Assembly: GCF_009834535.1 (NCBI RefSeq)
Contig: NC_045697.1
Span: 78,370,001-78,434,000, forward strand
Length of the DNA: 64,000 nucleotides
Direction of reading: 5' to 3'
Source of the DNA: Camelus ferus
Taxonomy: Eukaryota
The position numbers were made by a program, and so were the translations under genes. Every line of letters starts with the position of its first letter. The first letter of the stretch is position 1. The notes below the pieces were generated by a model, which saw only the letters and a program-made list of their open reading frames with translations, did no database searches and had not been told where the DNA came from. Of this stretch, positions 62,497 to 64,000 are shown one piece after another.

Positions 62497-63980
62497 AAAT
62501 CATTCACTTATTCATTTACTGTTTATTATTGAATGGACACTCTCTACTCTGGGCTCTGTGTTGGGCCTTTGGATTAAATAGTGAGGCAAAACCGTTACAG
62601 TTTCTGTCCTGAGTCAGTCTACATGCTTGTGGAAGACAGACAATCAAACACTCACATTACCATGTAAAATTGCAACCAGGACAAATACTTAAAAAAAGAA
62701 GGAGGAGAAGGAGGAGGAGGAGGAGGAGAAGAAGAAGAAGAGTGATATTATACTGTATGGGGATTTGATCTTTTCAGAGAAGTCAAATAAGCTTTTTCTT
62801 AAGAAAGTGACATGAATTCAGATCCGAAATTTAAATAGGAATTAGGTAGGTAAAGAGGGATGGAAATGTGCCAGTCTGAGGGAACAGCATAAACAAAAGC
62901 ACTGTGACAGAACAAACGCTGGTGAATATACATGAGCCAAAAGCCAGTATGACTGGAGCAAGAAGAAGAGAGGTAATAATGGTTCCGGATAAGACAGGGA
63001 AAGGCTAACAATTCAGACCATGTGAGTCCTTGTAGATCATGCTGAGCTGTGACTACATATGAGCAACGGGAAAATATTGGAGAATTTTAAGCAAGAGGAT
63101 GATATAAGTTGATTTACTTCTAGAAGAGATTGCTTTGGTTACTTTATGGAGAATGGGTGGGGAGGGCGCCAGAATAGATGGAGGAAGACAAATTAGTAGA
63201 AGTAAACAGATTAGTAGGATAAAGCAACAGAGGTGAGATGAGATGATGAAAGCTTGGCGTAAGGTGGTGGTGGGGGGACCAAGGACATGGAAAGAGACGA
63301 AAAATATTTAGTAGGTAAAATTGACAAATTGTATTGAATTGAAGGAGAGTGAGATATCAGAAAATAATCTTAGTTTTTTGGCTGGTATAACTGGACAGAT
63401 GATTAGGTTGTTCTTTGGTTAGAGAAACGAGGCAATGGAAAGATCATGAGTATAGTTTTGGTTGTATTGAATTTGTGATGCTTTTGAGGTAGTCAAGAAA
63501 AGATGTTAATTGATCAGAACAACCTATAAATCAAAAGCTCAGAGGAGGAGACTGACCTGGAGTTAAATTTCAAAAATCATCTCTATATAGTTGAATGAGA
63601 CCATTTGGGAGGATAGTATAGGATGAGAGGTAGAGATGGGTTAGATCCTAGGCTCAAAGCAGCCTACAGACATGCAATAGACAAACAGAGGAGGATGAGT
63701 CTGGCAAGGAGGAGAATTCAGAGAGGTAGGTAGAAAACAGGGGAGGTTTATATCTCAAAAGCTAAGGAAAAAACCTATTTTAAGAAGGACATGGTCAACC
63801 ATGTAGAATACTGCTGAAAGTTGAAATGTGATGAGGATTGAAAAATGTGGAGGCCGCTTATAGTTTTTAAAAGATGGTTTGAAGCCAGAGTGAAATAGAC
63901 TCAGAATGGAGATGTAGGTTAAAAATTGGAGAGAGTAGAGCTAACTCTTCTAGAAACTTGTCAGTAAAAGGGATAAAATT
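62497..63980 (-). mobile_element. L2 LINE, long 3' portion, with (GAG/GAA)n at 62698-62742
   Basis: cattcacttattcatt terminus, gagggaacagcataaacaaaagcactg, gagaattttaagcaagaggatgata, ttttggttgtattgaatttgtgatgc. Confidence 0.85.
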
Positions 63981-64000
63981 ATGAGGAAGAACATATATGT

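Noticed and set aside
1..64000. Six-frame ORFs of 60-135 aa as protein-coding genes
   Set aside because: Short, often low-complexity or with non-ATG starts, many inside repeats; no recognisable domain other than L1 ORF2 and no consistent exon chain.
1..64000. Known miRNA, snoRNA or snRNA genes
   Set aside because: None recognised by eye; an Infernal/Rfam scan would be needed to exclude them.

Overview
AT-rich, repeat-rich mammalian genomic DNA, intergenic or deep intronic. It is most likely camelid (Camelus/Lama/Vicugna): it carries four tRNA-Ala-derived SINEs of the vic-1 type and artiodactyl-style L1 3' ends, and I saw no ruminant, pig or primate SINEs. I find no credible protein-coding gene. 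The only ORFs with recognisable homology are decayed LINE-1 ORF2 pieces (5713-6224, 11437-11685, 22558-22851); the rest look like chance ORFs. The window is a mosaic of younger L1 3' fragments with target-site duplications (TSDs), ancient L1M, L2, MIR, MLT1/MLT2 LTRs, Tigger1 and MER5, separated by stretches with no repeat I recognise that may hold cis-regulatory elements. The best leads are a recursive-splice-site-like motif (43524-43565, + strand), a CTCF site with its upstream motif at 5-bp spacing (32339-32371) beside a CpG-retaining block (about 31.0-33.3 kb), a twin-primed inverted L1, clustered L1 5'-truncation points, and several small template-switch scars. I see no evidence of a novel multi-gene system. 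Repeat subfamily names come from recalled consensus sequences, not a database search, and boundaries of old elements are approximate.
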